Assembly (NCBI GenBank): GCA_963718615.1
Contig: OY970368.1
Coordinates: 992,001 to 1,056,000 of the forward strand
Origin: an uncultured cyanobacterium
GTDB taxonomy: Bacteria; Cyanobacteriota; Cyanobacteriia; PCC-9006; JAAUQQ01
Direction of reading: 5' to 3'
DNA length: 64,000 bases
In this document: positions 20,409 through 29,771 of the stretch, one piece after another
Layout of the letters: every line of letters starts with the position of its first letter
Numbering within the stretch: position 1 is the first letter of the stretch
The notes under the pieces: generated by a model
The model's database searches: none
Seen by the model: only the letters and a program-made list of their open reading frames with translations
What the model was told of the DNA's origin: nothing
Translations under genes and position numbers: made by a program

Positions 20409-21707
20409 CTAACCTGACACAAACCCTTTGGGAATGGCACTAACTAGCTTGCTAACCCATTCAATAACAGAGGGCACTTCGTCCTTATGCTGCCACAAAT
20501 ATCGAATCCCAGTTTTAACTTGCTCTGCTTGCTTGCTGCTCATTAGGTTGAGAAAAACCTTTTGGCGTTGTTGAAGTTCCTCCTCGTTGCTATTCTCGAT
20601 TTCTTTAATTACCCACCACTCCATCATTGACGAGGCAAATGCATAATTTGGTCTGCCCTGTTGCATAGTTCGGATAATTACTCCCCGTTGTTCCAAATCT
20701 GTCAATTCACGCTCTCGTTGACTAAAGACGATGCTGATGTCGCCCAAGTCATAATTCTTACGCTGTAAACGACCTTTTAGATTAGATAGAGCAATCAACA
20801 TTAGAAGTGTCTGTTCCTCCTGATTTGACATTTCCCAGGTTTGTTGGAAAAATTGTTCAGTTGCACTCAGGAAGTCTCGCGTGAATGCTTCAGGATCGGG
20901 CATCTGCCCAGTATGGAGTTTGTCATATAAAAGATAACCAGCATGTTGAATCAGTGCTGGATGTCCATCAGTAATTTCTCGAATCCCCTCCCGCAGTGCC
21001 GTTGTCATTGGCATACAACCTAATAAAGTATCAATTTCACTATCAGTAAATGGTTTGAGAGGTTGAAATAGGTAGTGATTATACCACGGAGACTTATCTG
21101 GCGAGAGCTTGGGTCCAAGTTCGTTGAGCCGACGAAATGAAGTCACGATCATTGAGAGACAACCTTTACTCTGAACTGCCAGGTTACGAGTCTCGCTCAG
21201 GAATATCTCTATGCTGCTCTCCTTATACTGATCATGCGGACGGAAAGCAGCATCATAGTTATCTAGCAGCAGCAGTAGAAACTTATTTTGTTTTCCTATT
21301 TGCTTCAAGAACTGACGTAAGTCATCCTTTGTTGCTTCAGCCTTCCTAAGGGATTGGTCGATCCCAGTTTGTAAAAGGTCATCATCAACAAGTTCGTCCT
21401 TGATCAAGCTTAGGATCTCTCGCCAGAAGGTAGCTGGTAGAAAGGGCATTATGCCCAAGCAGTCCAGGTAGATAATGATAGATTCAGAATGTTCACATCC
21501 ATAGTGTTGCCAAACTTGAGGAGAAATCAGCAGTTCCAAAAAAGATGACTTACCCATCCCCGCTCCACCCCAGATGGCTAAACTGCTACGACTAGCGATT
21601 CGATCAAAAGCAATACCAATTTCAGATGCCCATCCGACAAAGCTTTCTGAAGAAACTAACTTTCCAGGAGAAAAGGGATTTTTTGACATGGCATTCGCTG
21701 AGTCCAA
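20409..21707 (-). CDS. P-loop (STAND/AAA-like) ATPase
   Basis: NPF.PG..FVG, GGAGMGKSS, Walker B LLLLDNYD, TDGHPALIQ. Confidence 0.85.
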   Translation of the reverse strand: MDSANAMSKNPFSPGKLVSSESFVGWASEIGIAFDRIASRSSLAIWGGAGMGKSSFLELLISPQVWQHYGCEHSESIIIYLDCLGIMPFLPATFWREILSLIKDELVDDDLLQTGIDQSLRKAEATKDDLRQFLKQIGKQNKFLLLLLDNYDAAFRPHDQYKESSIEIFLSETRNLAVQSKGCLSMIVTSFRRLNELGPKLSPDKSPWYNHYLFQPLKPFTDSEIDTLLGCMPMTTALREGIREITDGHPALIQHAGYLLYDKLHTGQMPDPEAFTRDFLSATEQFFQQTWEMSNQEEQTLLMLIALSNLKGRLQRKNYDLGDISIVFSQRERELTDLEQRGVIIRTMQQGRPNYAFASSMMEWWVIKEIENSNEEELQQRQKVFLNLMSSKQAEQVKTGIRYLWQHKDEVPSVIEWVSKLVSAIPKGFVSG

Positions 21708-21900
21708 AGGTCTTGATTAGGAGTTTTCCTTTGACTAGCTTAGCCCCACTGATACTTTTTGAGTACTACTCCTACAAATAACGAGAAGCAGCCCAACGTC
21801 GTAGCTGAGCCGCACCCGTCAATCTGCCAATACTGGCGACAACGTCGTCAGGACGGCTCGCTGAGATGTGAATGCTGTCGTGTCGGCTCCAGCGCAGTGT

Positions 21901-22370
21901 GTACGCCCAGCATGGGCGTGAGCTAATGGGGTGAAAGTCCCCTGTGGGAGAACCAGCCATCCAAATGCTCGTATTAATTGGAGCCGAGAGATGGACAACC
22001 ACTAGCCTAAGGCAAGGGCGTCTTCGCGAGAAGGGGTCGGTCGGAAACCAGACTTTTGGATTGCGTCTGCTTTCGGGTAAGTCGCTTTTCTAGGCTCTGT
22101 TTCACCGTGGGAACTCCCTATTAGCGCCAGTGTCACTTGCAATGAGTTTCTGATTGCGCCCAGCTCCTAGCTTCGATCTCCCGAATTCCGAGTCGGGTCA
22201 TCGTGGGCAGATCAGGAGTCACATCCGAGTTTGATGGAAGGGACTTTCACCCTCATCAAGAGGACAGTTCAGCTCTTGAGAGTGCTTCATGTTTGGAAGC
22301 CAAGCTGGCAGAGTTATTTATGGGCTTGCACCGTTATTCATCTGCAACGAATCGCACCCCCTATCCCGAT
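21901..22370 (+). mobile_element. ORF-less group IIC-attC intron remnant (5' end plus 3' tail)
   Basis: Begins GTACGCCCAGCATGGGCG..GGTGAAAGTCC and ends CCTATCCCGAT; inserted at GT|TAGGT. Confidence 0.8.
22046..22357 (-). mobile_element. 5' fragment of a second group II intron (different class, probably IIB/CL) nested in antisense orientation
   Basis: Minus strand begins GTGCGATTCGTT and contains GGGTGAAAGTCCC; the left boundary is approximate. Confidence 0.65.
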
Positions 22371-22406
22371 TAGGTGTTGCTTAGATGTCACTTATCTAAG
22401 AACACT

Positions 22407-23234
22407 TTAAACATTTGCTTGCTGTAAAAGCTTTAAAATAGAAGTTGAACGGGTCATATAGGAAAGCCCAGTATGATGAAACATTGGTGGCACAGATGTT
22501 TCATCCCAAAAATGACCAGACATGATTCCCGCAAGCAATGCAGGTCGCCAAGTCGGATCGTCTATATCCCCGCCAGGACGAAATCCTCTCGCTGGCAAAA
22601 AGACCGGGCTACCACTTGATCCAGAAAAAGACAATCCTGATACAAGAATTATATCGTCTGTCTTTATTTGGTCGTTAGTGAATGATATCTGTGGCAGAGA
22701 AGCTACTGTACATTGACGGGCTACAGGAAGTTTCCATTTTTCATCCCACCAGTGCCGGCCATTCTTCCCTGGAAAACCGATAAAGAAGGATGTTTCCATC
22801 GGTCCAATAATTAGACTATTGGCAAAGTTTTTCTCATCAATAAGGTTTTCAAACTTAAGAATTTCTCTATTTGGATCGAATGGGGTTTCTTCATGGAATA
22901 CAGGTTCAACAAGAATAGAGCAGTCAGAAGATGGGGAAGAGAATAAACAACTTTCTATATTTGCCACATCAAAGAAATCTGTATTCTCTGCAGGCTGGTT
23001 TGATTCATAATATCGTAACTCTATAGAAATCCTATCGAGCTTTAATCCTGGCTTGTCGGGGAATCTTATAGATGGATCAACATTATGTTTGTTGGTGACA
23101 AAAATATTCTTTCCAGTCTGGGAAATCATCCAAAATCCAGTACCACAACCAGATTTTTCGTTTCCTATATCATCCGTAAAATTTACTTTGATGCGGTGGA
23201 TCATCCAAAAAATCTTTGGGTTAAGACCAAGCAT
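22407..23234 (-). CDS. Cassette-borne trypsin-like serine protease
   Basis: GTGFW, VTNKHNV (His), SDCSIL (Asp), SGSSGSPVF (Ser). Confidence 0.82.
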   Translation of the reverse strand: MLGLNPKIFWMIHRIKVNFTDDIGNEKSGCGTGFWMISQTGKNIFVTNKHNVDPSIRFPDKPGLKLDRISIELRYYESNQPAENTDFFDVANIESCLFSSPSSDCSILVEPVFHEETPFDPNREILKFENLIDEKNFANSLIIGPMETSFFIGFPGKNGRHWWDEKWKLPVARQCTVASLPQISFTNDQIKTDDIILVSGLSFSGSSGSPVFLPARGFRPGGDIDDPTWRPALLAGIMSGHFWDETSVPPMFHHTGLSYMTRSTSILKLLQQANV

Positions 23235-23299
23235 ATGGCTGTTCTCAAACTTATTTATCTAAAAAACTAGGTTAGATCTAATACTTGTTGAACTGACTA

Positions 23300-23545
23300 C
23301 ACCTAACAATTTATTCTCATGCACGATGCCTGATAACTCCCTCCTCTCGCTATTCTCAAGTATCAGCGCCGTATAATCCCCAGCCATGACCTATTACCCA
23401 TGCAATTATGCTGGATAACATCCCTGGTTAGGTATTATCAGGCAACGCCGCATGATAACAACCCATTTCCAGGCATTATCCCCGCACAGCCGCCGGATAA
23501 CATCCCTGAGCAGGTATTATCAGGCATGTCTCAGTATAATCATCC
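23300..23545. repeat. First-cassette core plus ~41-bp periodic array of GATAA..TTATC dyads (attI-like region)
   Basis: CACCTAAC at 23300; ATAA at 23333, 23373, 23415, 23455, 23497 and 23536; near-identical 32-mers at 23413 and 23495. Confidence 0.65.
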
Positions 23546-23717
23546 CCTTTGAGTCAGCGTAGAAAATTACAAAATCTTCACCCCCGAGTCAGGGAATCCA
23601 AAGGCTTCAGCCTCGCTTTCCATGCAAACCCAGCCGCCCCAGACACTGTCCCAAAACTGACTCTAGCCAGGGATGCTTCTGTGACATTACACCCATGACG
23701 ACTCCCCGATTCATTGG

Positions 23718-25205
23718 CTACGCCCCCAAAACCGCCTCACCCTGCCGATACAGCTCCCGCGCATAATCCGTCCATTGTCCCTGGCCCCAGTAGCGAAAAC
23801 AGCTAGTTTCTAACAACAGCACATACAAAAGCGCCGCTTGATAATCCGAACGCTGCGTCATCGCAGGATCAGCCGCCACGAGGGCGTCGTATTTTTGATG
23901 AAACTGAATGCTCAAGCGCTGCATCGGTTCAAGGACGTTTTCATAACCCTGGACCCAGCTCAGATCATTCGTCCAGGATGCCCCGTCGAGGTGAAATTGG
24001 GGGTCTGTGTCGCGCAGGTGCTGGATGGCGATCGCCACCCCCTCCGGCGTCACAGAGTCTGTCCCCAGGTGCTGCCAAATCCTATGCTGATGCACCGCCT
24101 GACAGACAGGATAATCCTCAGGCTTAGCGCCTAGGGCTTCAATCAACTCCAAATATTCCGTCCCATTCATCGCCACCGTTCCCGCAGCATTGCCCCCCCC
24201 ATCCCGAATTTCGTGATACACCCGGAAGAGATCACGGGGATACTCGTTCATCATCACACCGCCGTTTTCACCATCCGCAATCTGAGACACCAGCGACGGA
24301 ACTTCAACCTCGCCTAACCGCTGACGGCCCCAGCCCTTGGCTTCAAAATAGGGCTGCATCTGAGCCACTAGCTTGGTGTCCGATCCCTGGGTTTTAATTA
24401 ACGCCGTGATGCTGATACTTTCTCCTTGAGCGTTGCGAGCCACTAAACGGTTGGGCAAATACTTGTCAGATTGATGCAAGCCCGAGCCATCTAGCCGCTC
24501 AACGGAATGCTCTTGCACCAACAACCAGCGATAGCCACAGTCCTTCAGGGCTTTGATATATTCATACAAAACATCGGGATGATTGGGCAAATGCATCTCC
24601 GGCGGCGAAAAGCCCTTGACCCGAGCCAGGGCTGCGGTGCCAAAGGTTGCCGCAAACTGGTGCTGCCAAGCCTGAATATGAAGCTTCAGATCCGGCACTG
24701 GCGTTGAAGGAACAACCGCATGGCTCCACATCGTCCCCAACCATTCCACCTGGAGCTGATAGCGCTGATCGCAGGCAATTCGCCGCAGCTTGTCGAGAAT
24801 GTCTTGCCGCTGCATCTGTTCCAACGCCCAAAGCAAATTGCCCGAATAGTCGAGCATAATGCGGGGATTACAGCCCTGGTCAATCAGTGCGGGGATAAAG
24901 TCCCCCATGCGTCCATAGCAATCTGCAAAGACCCCGGCGTTGTGATTGTCGCCATCGTGGGGATGCTCGAACATGTGTTGCAAATTGGAAATCAACGCAC
25001 CTTCAGGACCCGCCGGAATCGTCGGCTGATGCATATGCAGCGCGCAAGCGAAGCCAGACTGGAGGCGATCGCCCTCTAAATTCGTCCTCCCCAGAAACAC
25101 TGGCTCCGTTCCCTGAACCCAATCCCGCAACTCCGCCTCTCGGCCCGCAATGGGGGGCAAGGATTGACACAGGGCCGGCAACTGAGATGTAGTTTCAGCA
25201 ATCAT
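23718..25205 (-). CDS. Glycoside hydrolase family 57 protein
   Basis: ALHMHQP, GFSPPEM, IADGENGG motifs. Confidence 0.85.
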   Translation of the reverse strand: MIAETTSQLPALCQSLPPIAGREAELRDWVQGTEPVFLGRTNLEGDRLQSGFACALHMHQPTIPAGPEGALISNLQHMFEHPHDGDNHNAGVFADCYGRMGDFIPALIDQGCNPRIMLDYSGNLLWALEQMQRQDILDKLRRIACDQRYQLQVEWLGTMWSHAVVPSTPVPDLKLHIQAWQHQFAATFGTAALARVKGFSPPEMHLPNHPDVLYEYIKALKDCGYRWLLVQEHSVERLDGSGLHQSDKYLPNRLVARNAQGESISITALIKTQGSDTKLVAQMQPYFEAKGWGRQRLGEVEVPSLVSQIADGENGGVMMNEYPRDLFRVYHEIRDGGGNAAGTVAMNGTEYLELIEALGAKPEDYPVCQAVHQHRIWQHLGTDSVTPEGVAIAIQHLRDTDPQFHLDGASWTNDLSWVQGYENVLEPMQRLSIQFHQKYDALVAADPAMTQRSDYQAALLYVLLLETSCFRYWGQGQWTDYARELYRQGEAVLGA

Positions 25206-25225
25206 AGACAGGTCCAGGTAGATGT

Positions 25226-25525
25226 TCAGAGGAAGCGACGTTCCATAAAATCGACGATCGGCACCAGAGGGTCAGACACTAGCCCAACCCCCGCAAAGCC
25301 CCAGCGATCGATCAAGGGCTTGAGCTGCGCCACGGCATTATGTTCGACGGCAAAGCGATCGCTCAATCCCGCCGCATGGGCATTGAGATAGCTTAAGGCT
25401 TCATGGTCTTGATGAAACAGCAACAGGTAGCGCTGGAGGGGCTCATCTGCCGTCTTCGCCGGTTGCCGCGCCGTCAAAAACTCGCCCGTTTGTCGCGATC
25501 GGATGACATAATAGCTGCCCTCCAT
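25226..25525 (-). CDS. Conserved cyanobacterial hypothetical protein
   Basis: YLLLF...EALSYLNAHA..RWGF.G.G.V.DPL pattern; co-oriented with neighbours. Confidence 0.7.
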   Translation of the reverse strand: MEGSYYVIRSRQTGEFLTARQPAKTADEPLQRYLLLFHQDHEALSYLNAHAAGLSDRFAVEHNAVAQLKPLIDRWGFAGVGLVSDPLVPIVDFMERRFL

Positions 25526-25569
25526 TAAAGACTCCTCGTAACGGTTCGTGGGCTGAGGGTTGGCACAAT

Positions 25570-26535
25570 CTATCCCCGAGTCAATTCCGCCAGGGCCGTT
25601 TCTGGCTCCTGAAACATCGGCGTACTGAGATAGCGTTCGCCAAAGCTCGGCTGAATCATCACAATCAACTTATTCTGATTTTCCGGACGCTTCGCCACTT
25701 GAATGGCCGCACAGAGCGCCGCGCCAGCGGAAATTCCCGACAACAGACCTTCCTCTCGGGCCAACCGACGACCGTAGGCGATCGCCTGCTCATCACTCAC
25801 CCCGATCACCTCATCCAGTAACTCAGGCCGCAACACCGCCGGCACAAACCCCGCTCCAATGCCTTGAATTTTGTGAGGGCCAGGACGTCCGCCGGAAAGC
25901 ACAGGGCTGTTCGTAGGTTCAACGGCGATCGCCTGAAATCCCGGTTTCCGCGCCTTCAAGACCTCAGCCACGCCCGTAATCGTACCGCCCGTCCCAACCC
26001 CCGCGACCAAAATATCAACTTGGCCATCACTATCCTGCCAAATCTCCTCGGCGGTGGTTTCCCGGTGAATTTTGGGGTTGGCCGGATTCTGAAACTGTTG
26101 CAGCATAAATGCATCCGGCAGGCTTTCCACAATCGTCTGGGCTCGCTGAATACAGCCCGACATCCCCTCCACACCGGGCGTCAGCTCAAGCTCCGCGCCA
26201 TAGGCCCGCAACATCGACCGACGCTCTGAGCTCATCGTATCCGGCATGGTCAAAATCAGCCGATAGCCCTTAGCTGCCGAAGCCATCGCCAAGGCAATCC
26301 CTGTGTTGCCTGAGGTTGGTTCTACAAGTACGGTTTTGCCGGGTGTAATTAGACCGTCGCGTTCCGCTTGCTCAATCATGCTGATGCCAATGCGATCCTT
26401 TACCGAAGAAGAGGGATTCATACTTTCCATCTTCACGATAATCTGAGCAACGCACCCCTCTGCAACGGGGATTCGATTGAGGCGCACAAGGGGAGTACGG
26501 CCAATAAGCTGCGTGATGTTGTCGGCAATCCGCAT
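25570..26535 (-). CDS. cysK: Cysteine synthase A
   Basis: [11 protein letters not shown] (PLP lysine), [27 protein letters not shown]. Confidence 0.97.
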   Translation of the reverse strand: MRIADNITQLIGRTPLVRLNRIPVAEGCVAQIIVKMESMNPSSSVKDRIGISMIEQAERDGLITPGKTVLVEPTSGNTGIALAMASAAKGYRLILTMPDTMSSERRSMLRAYGAELELTPGVEGMSGCIQRAQTIVESLPDAFMLQQFQNPANPKIHRETTAEEIWQDSDGQVDILVAGVGTGGTITGVAEVLKARKPGFQAIAVEPTNSPVLSGGRPGPHKIQGIGAGFVPAVLRPELLDEVIGVSDEQAIAYGRRLAREEGLLSGISAGAALCAAIQVAKRPENQNKLIVMIQPSFGERYLSTPMFQEPETALAELTRG

Positions 26536-26601
26536 GGTAAATTCCTCGCTTTATCTCCTCAATGGTAAGGGGTCAGGGTCAGCGCGATCGCACCCCTGTC
26601 G

Positions 26602-27039
26602 TCAGATGTAATACATCAAATCGAGTTGTTGTTGGGCATCTCGGCGTTCTGCCAAATCCTGAAGGGTGTATCCCTGCAAAACTGCTTCCTTCGCCTGTCG
26701 AGCCTCCTGCCAAACTTCGAGGATGACTCCACCCTCTGTGGTTTTGGGACTATCTTTGACCTCTCCCACCGACGGCTCAGAGCCCTCAATACATTTAACA
26801 ATTTCCAGCAGCGTAATCTGCCAAGGTTCACGCTTGAGTAAATAGCCCCCCTTGGCACCCCGCTGGCTACGGACAAAACCGGCCCGCCGCAGCGCTGCGA
26901 GCAGTTGTTCCAGATAGCGATCGGGAATGTCTTGCTTGGCTGCAATTTGGCGAATTTGCAAGGGCTCTCCTCCACGGTAATGGGAGGCTAGCTCTAACAA
27001 CGCCAACAAGGCATATGCAGTTTTACAGGAAAGTTCCAC
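26602..27039 (-). CDS. Rrf2-family transcriptional regulator (CymR-like)
   Basis: YLEQLL..LRRAG.V.S.RGAKGGY; lies upstream of cysK. Confidence 0.92.
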   Translation of the reverse strand: MELSCKTAYALLALLELASHYRGGEPLQIRQIAAKQDIPDRYLEQLLAALRRAGFVRSQRGAKGGYLLKREPWQITLLEIVKCIEGSEPSVGEVKDSPKTTEGGVILEVWQEARQAKEAVLQGYTLQDLAERRDAQQQLDLMYYI

Positions 27040-27113
27040 CGTTCCACACAGTCATCGACTAGGGTGCTCCTAGTATATCCCGGTTCTCCACTTGGGTTTG
27101 CGGGATTCCCCGT

Positions 27114-27914
27114 CTATTCCTGAACGTCGGTGGCAATCACAACCACGGTAATGTTGTCCCGTCCGCCGTTGTCCTTGGCGGAGGCGATCAGCTTGGTGGT
27201 AACTTTTTCGCAGGCTCGGGTGTTTTTCAAGAGTTCGGCGATTAGGTGATCCGACACCTCTTCGGTTAAGCCATCGCTACAGAGCAGGAGGCGATCGCCC
27301 GGCTGCAATTCCAATTTCTGAATGCTGATATCCGCCAAATCAGGACGCCCCAGACATTGGGACAGAACATGCCGCCAGGGATGGGTTTTCACCTGGTCGA
27401 GGCTAATCACCCCCAGCTTACTGGCTTTATTCACCCAGGTATGGTCTTCCGTAATCTGATCTAGCGTCGCCCCCCGCAATCGATAGAGGCGAGAATCTCC
27501 CACATGGGCACACCAGGGTTCGACCGTTTCCAAAGATAAGCCGTCCAGGGGAGCCGTTGCCGGATTATCGAGATCCTCGGGCGGCAGCGTGCGGTGCCGG
27601 AAAATGACCGTCACCACCGTGGTTCCCATATCCGACCGCTCAGGATGATCCTGTTGGTCTTGAATAATGACTTGGTTCGCCTCGGAAAGCGCCGCTTTAA
27701 GCAACTCGGGAGACGTCATCTTCTCTTCCCAAGCCTCCTCCAGAAAGCCCCGAATAGCTTCCGTGGCCAAGCGACTCGCTTCCTCGCCGCCGGCATGACC
27801 ACCCATGCCATCAGCCACGATAAAAAAGCGACCCTCGGGATCGATGTAATAGGCGTCCTGATTTGCCGAACGGACCAGCCCGGTATCAGTCGCTCCATCG
27901 AAATACAGCTTCAT
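27114..27914 (-). CDS. PP2C-family Ser/Thr phosphatase (PphA-like)
   Basis: R..NQD, VADGMGG, HVGDSR, LCSDGL, GGRDNIT. Confidence 0.93.
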   Translation of the reverse strand: MKLYFDGATDTGLVRSANQDAYYIDPEGRFFIVADGMGGHAGGEEASRLATEAIRGFLEEAWEEKMTSPELLKAALSEANQVIIQDQQDHPERSDMGTTVVTVIFRHRTLPPEDLDNPATAPLDGLSLETVEPWCAHVGDSRLYRLRGATLDQITEDHTWVNKASKLGVISLDQVKTHPWRHVLSQCLGRPDLADISIQKLELQPGDRLLLCSDGLTEEVSDHLIAELLKNTRACEKVTTKLIASAKDNGGRDNITVVVIATDVQE

Positions 27915-27945
27915 CAGCCTGCGATCCTCTCTAGATTCCTGACGC

Positions 27946-29688
27946 TTACAGACGGTCTAGGCGGTTGAGACGCAACATCAACCGAATAAAGGCGATGCCA
28001 ATCCCAAGCGCCGCAATAAACAAGATCACGGCAAAGGGAAGCTTACCATAGACCAATAGAATTGATGCCGAAATTGTAAACGCCCCGAGTAATACGGCAT
28101 AGCTGGTCCCCATCTGAATACTACCCAAACGGCGGAGAAGGCGATCGCTTTCCGTCGACCGCACGCGCACGCGCACATCTCCCTGTTCCAGCTTGTCTAG
28201 GGTATCTTCAATCCGTCGCGGTAGCCCCAGGGCGGTGCTACTGACTTGCGCCGCTTGGCGACCGAGCTCATCGAAAAAGCCTGAATTGGAAGAACCGCCG
28301 TTGGTCATGATGTCGAGGGCAAAGGGTTTGGCTACCTCCATAAAGTTAAACTCGGGATCGAGCCCCTTGCCAACCCCTTCAAGGGTAGAAAAAGCCCGCA
28401 TCACAAATGTAAAGGTCGCAGGAAACCGAAAGGGCTGACCATAGGCAACCTCGTAGAGGTCATCGCTGATCGTTTCAATAGACTGCTCCTCAAAGGGCTT
28501 GTCCATGAAATGGTCGAGCATGTATTGAATGGAGCGACGGACCGGTCCCATATCCCCGGTGGGCACCAACGCCCCCAGCTCAATCAGGGAGTTCATGACC
28601 TGTCCGGCGTCTTTCTGGGCAATGCCAAAGAACGTTGACAGGAGCTTTTGACGCATATCTGAGCGAATCCGCCCCATCATGCCAAAGTCATAAAAAATTA
28701 ATGAGCCATCGGCACTCACGGCCAAATTGCCGGGATGGGGATCCGCATGAAACAGACCATAGTTTAAAATCTGCCGCAGGTAGGCCTCGGCTCCCATGCG
28801 GGCCAGCAGTTTGCGATCGAGTCCTGCGGCTTCGAGGGCCTGGTAGTGGCTAATCTTGATGCCGGGCATATATTCCAGCGTCAACACCCGAGGCGAGGAG
28901 TAGCGCCAGTAAACCCGAGGAACCTTGACCCAGGCCTGTTCTCGAAAATTGCGCCGGAACGAGTCAGCGTTGCGCCCTTCATTGAGATAATCGATTTCCT
29001 CCCAGAGGATTCGGCTACATTCTTCGTAGATTCCTAGCCAGTCCCGTCCTTGGCCCCAACGCGGATGACGCTGGAAGTAGCGCGCAATGCCCCGCAAAAT
29101 TTTGAGGTCAATCTCAAACAGCCGCCGCAATCCATAGCGCTGGATCTTGATGGCCACTTCCTCGCCGGAATGCAGTTGGGCTTTGTGGACTTGCCCGAGA
29201 CTGGCGGCGGCGATGGGCGTTGGCTCAATTTGCTGGAAGAGCACCGATACATCTTTGCCCAGATCCTGCCGGATAATCTGACAGGCCGACTCAAACGAAA
29301 AGGCCGGAACCCGATCCTGAAGCTTGGAGAGTTCCTCCACATATTCTACGGGAAACAGATCGGCCCGAGTGGAAAAGAGCTGACCGACTTTAATAAAAGT
29401 TGGCCCCAAATTCAGAAACGATTCCCGAATCCAAATCGCCAGTATCCGTCTACGGGCGGCCTTATTTTCCTCCGTGGGTCCATCTAAATAGGACCAGTCC
29501 TTGCCATCTCGCCACAGTCGAGCCGTGAGCAGCAGCACAAAGGACCAAATTTCGACAAAACGACGCTGGGACGAGTAGTTGCCTCGGTTCCAGCGATATT
29601 GGCTGCCATAGTCTCGCTCAGCCGAAGGGGCGATCGCCTTTGACGGGGGCAAAGATTTAAGATGGCGCTCAGACATTCCAGAACTCAT
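27946..29688 (-). CDS. AarF/ABC1/UbiB-family kinase
   Basis: LGPTFIKVGQ, AAASLGQVH, HADPHPGN, YDFGM. Confidence 0.94.
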   Translation of the reverse strand: MSSGMSERHLKSLPPSKAIAPSAERDYGSQYRWNRGNYSSQRRFVEIWSFVLLLTARLWRDGKDWSYLDGPTEENKAARRRILAIWIRESFLNLGPTFIKVGQLFSTRADLFPVEYVEELSKLQDRVPAFSFESACQIIRQDLGKDVSVLFQQIEPTPIAAASLGQVHKAQLHSGEEVAIKIQRYGLRRLFEIDLKILRGIARYFQRHPRWGQGRDWLGIYEECSRILWEEIDYLNEGRNADSFRRNFREQAWVKVPRVYWRYSSPRVLTLEYMPGIKISHYQALEAAGLDRKLLARMGAEAYLRQILNYGLFHADPHPGNLAVSADGSLIFYDFGMMGRIRSDMRQKLLSTFFGIAQKDAGQVMNSLIELGALVPTGDMGPVRRSIQYMLDHFMDKPFEEQSIETISDDLYEVAYGQPFRFPATFTFVMRAFSTLEGVGKGLDPEFNFMEVAKPFALDIMTNGGSSNSGFFDELGRQAAQVSSTALGLPRRIEDTLDKLEQGDVRVRVRSTESDRLLRRLGSIQMGTSYAVLLGAFTISASILLVYGKLPFAVILFIAALGIGIAFIRLMLRLNRLDRL

Positions 29689-29771
29689 GCGAGACCTACA
29701 GGCACGCTATCACTCCCTAACTTGCATTTCCCGAACTTACAGCCGTGGCATCTATAGCCTCGATCATCTCC

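Larger units (their letters stand above)
21791..22375 (-). other. attC site (~115 bp once the intron remnant is removed) interrupted in its R'' core
   Basis: + strand reads GCCCAAC-gtcgt-AGCTGAGCCGCAC...GTGTCGGCTCCAGC-gcagt-GT|TAGGT; the stem has two extrahelical bases. Confidence 0.82.

Noticed and set aside
23295-23325. Chromosomal dif site
   Set aside because: Only a partial resemblance to the XerD arm (TGTTAGG); better explained as the first cassette core.
23308-23545. CRISPR or coding interpretation of the 41-bp periodic array
   Set aside because: Units are highly degenerate and abut each other with no unique spacers; there is no ORF.
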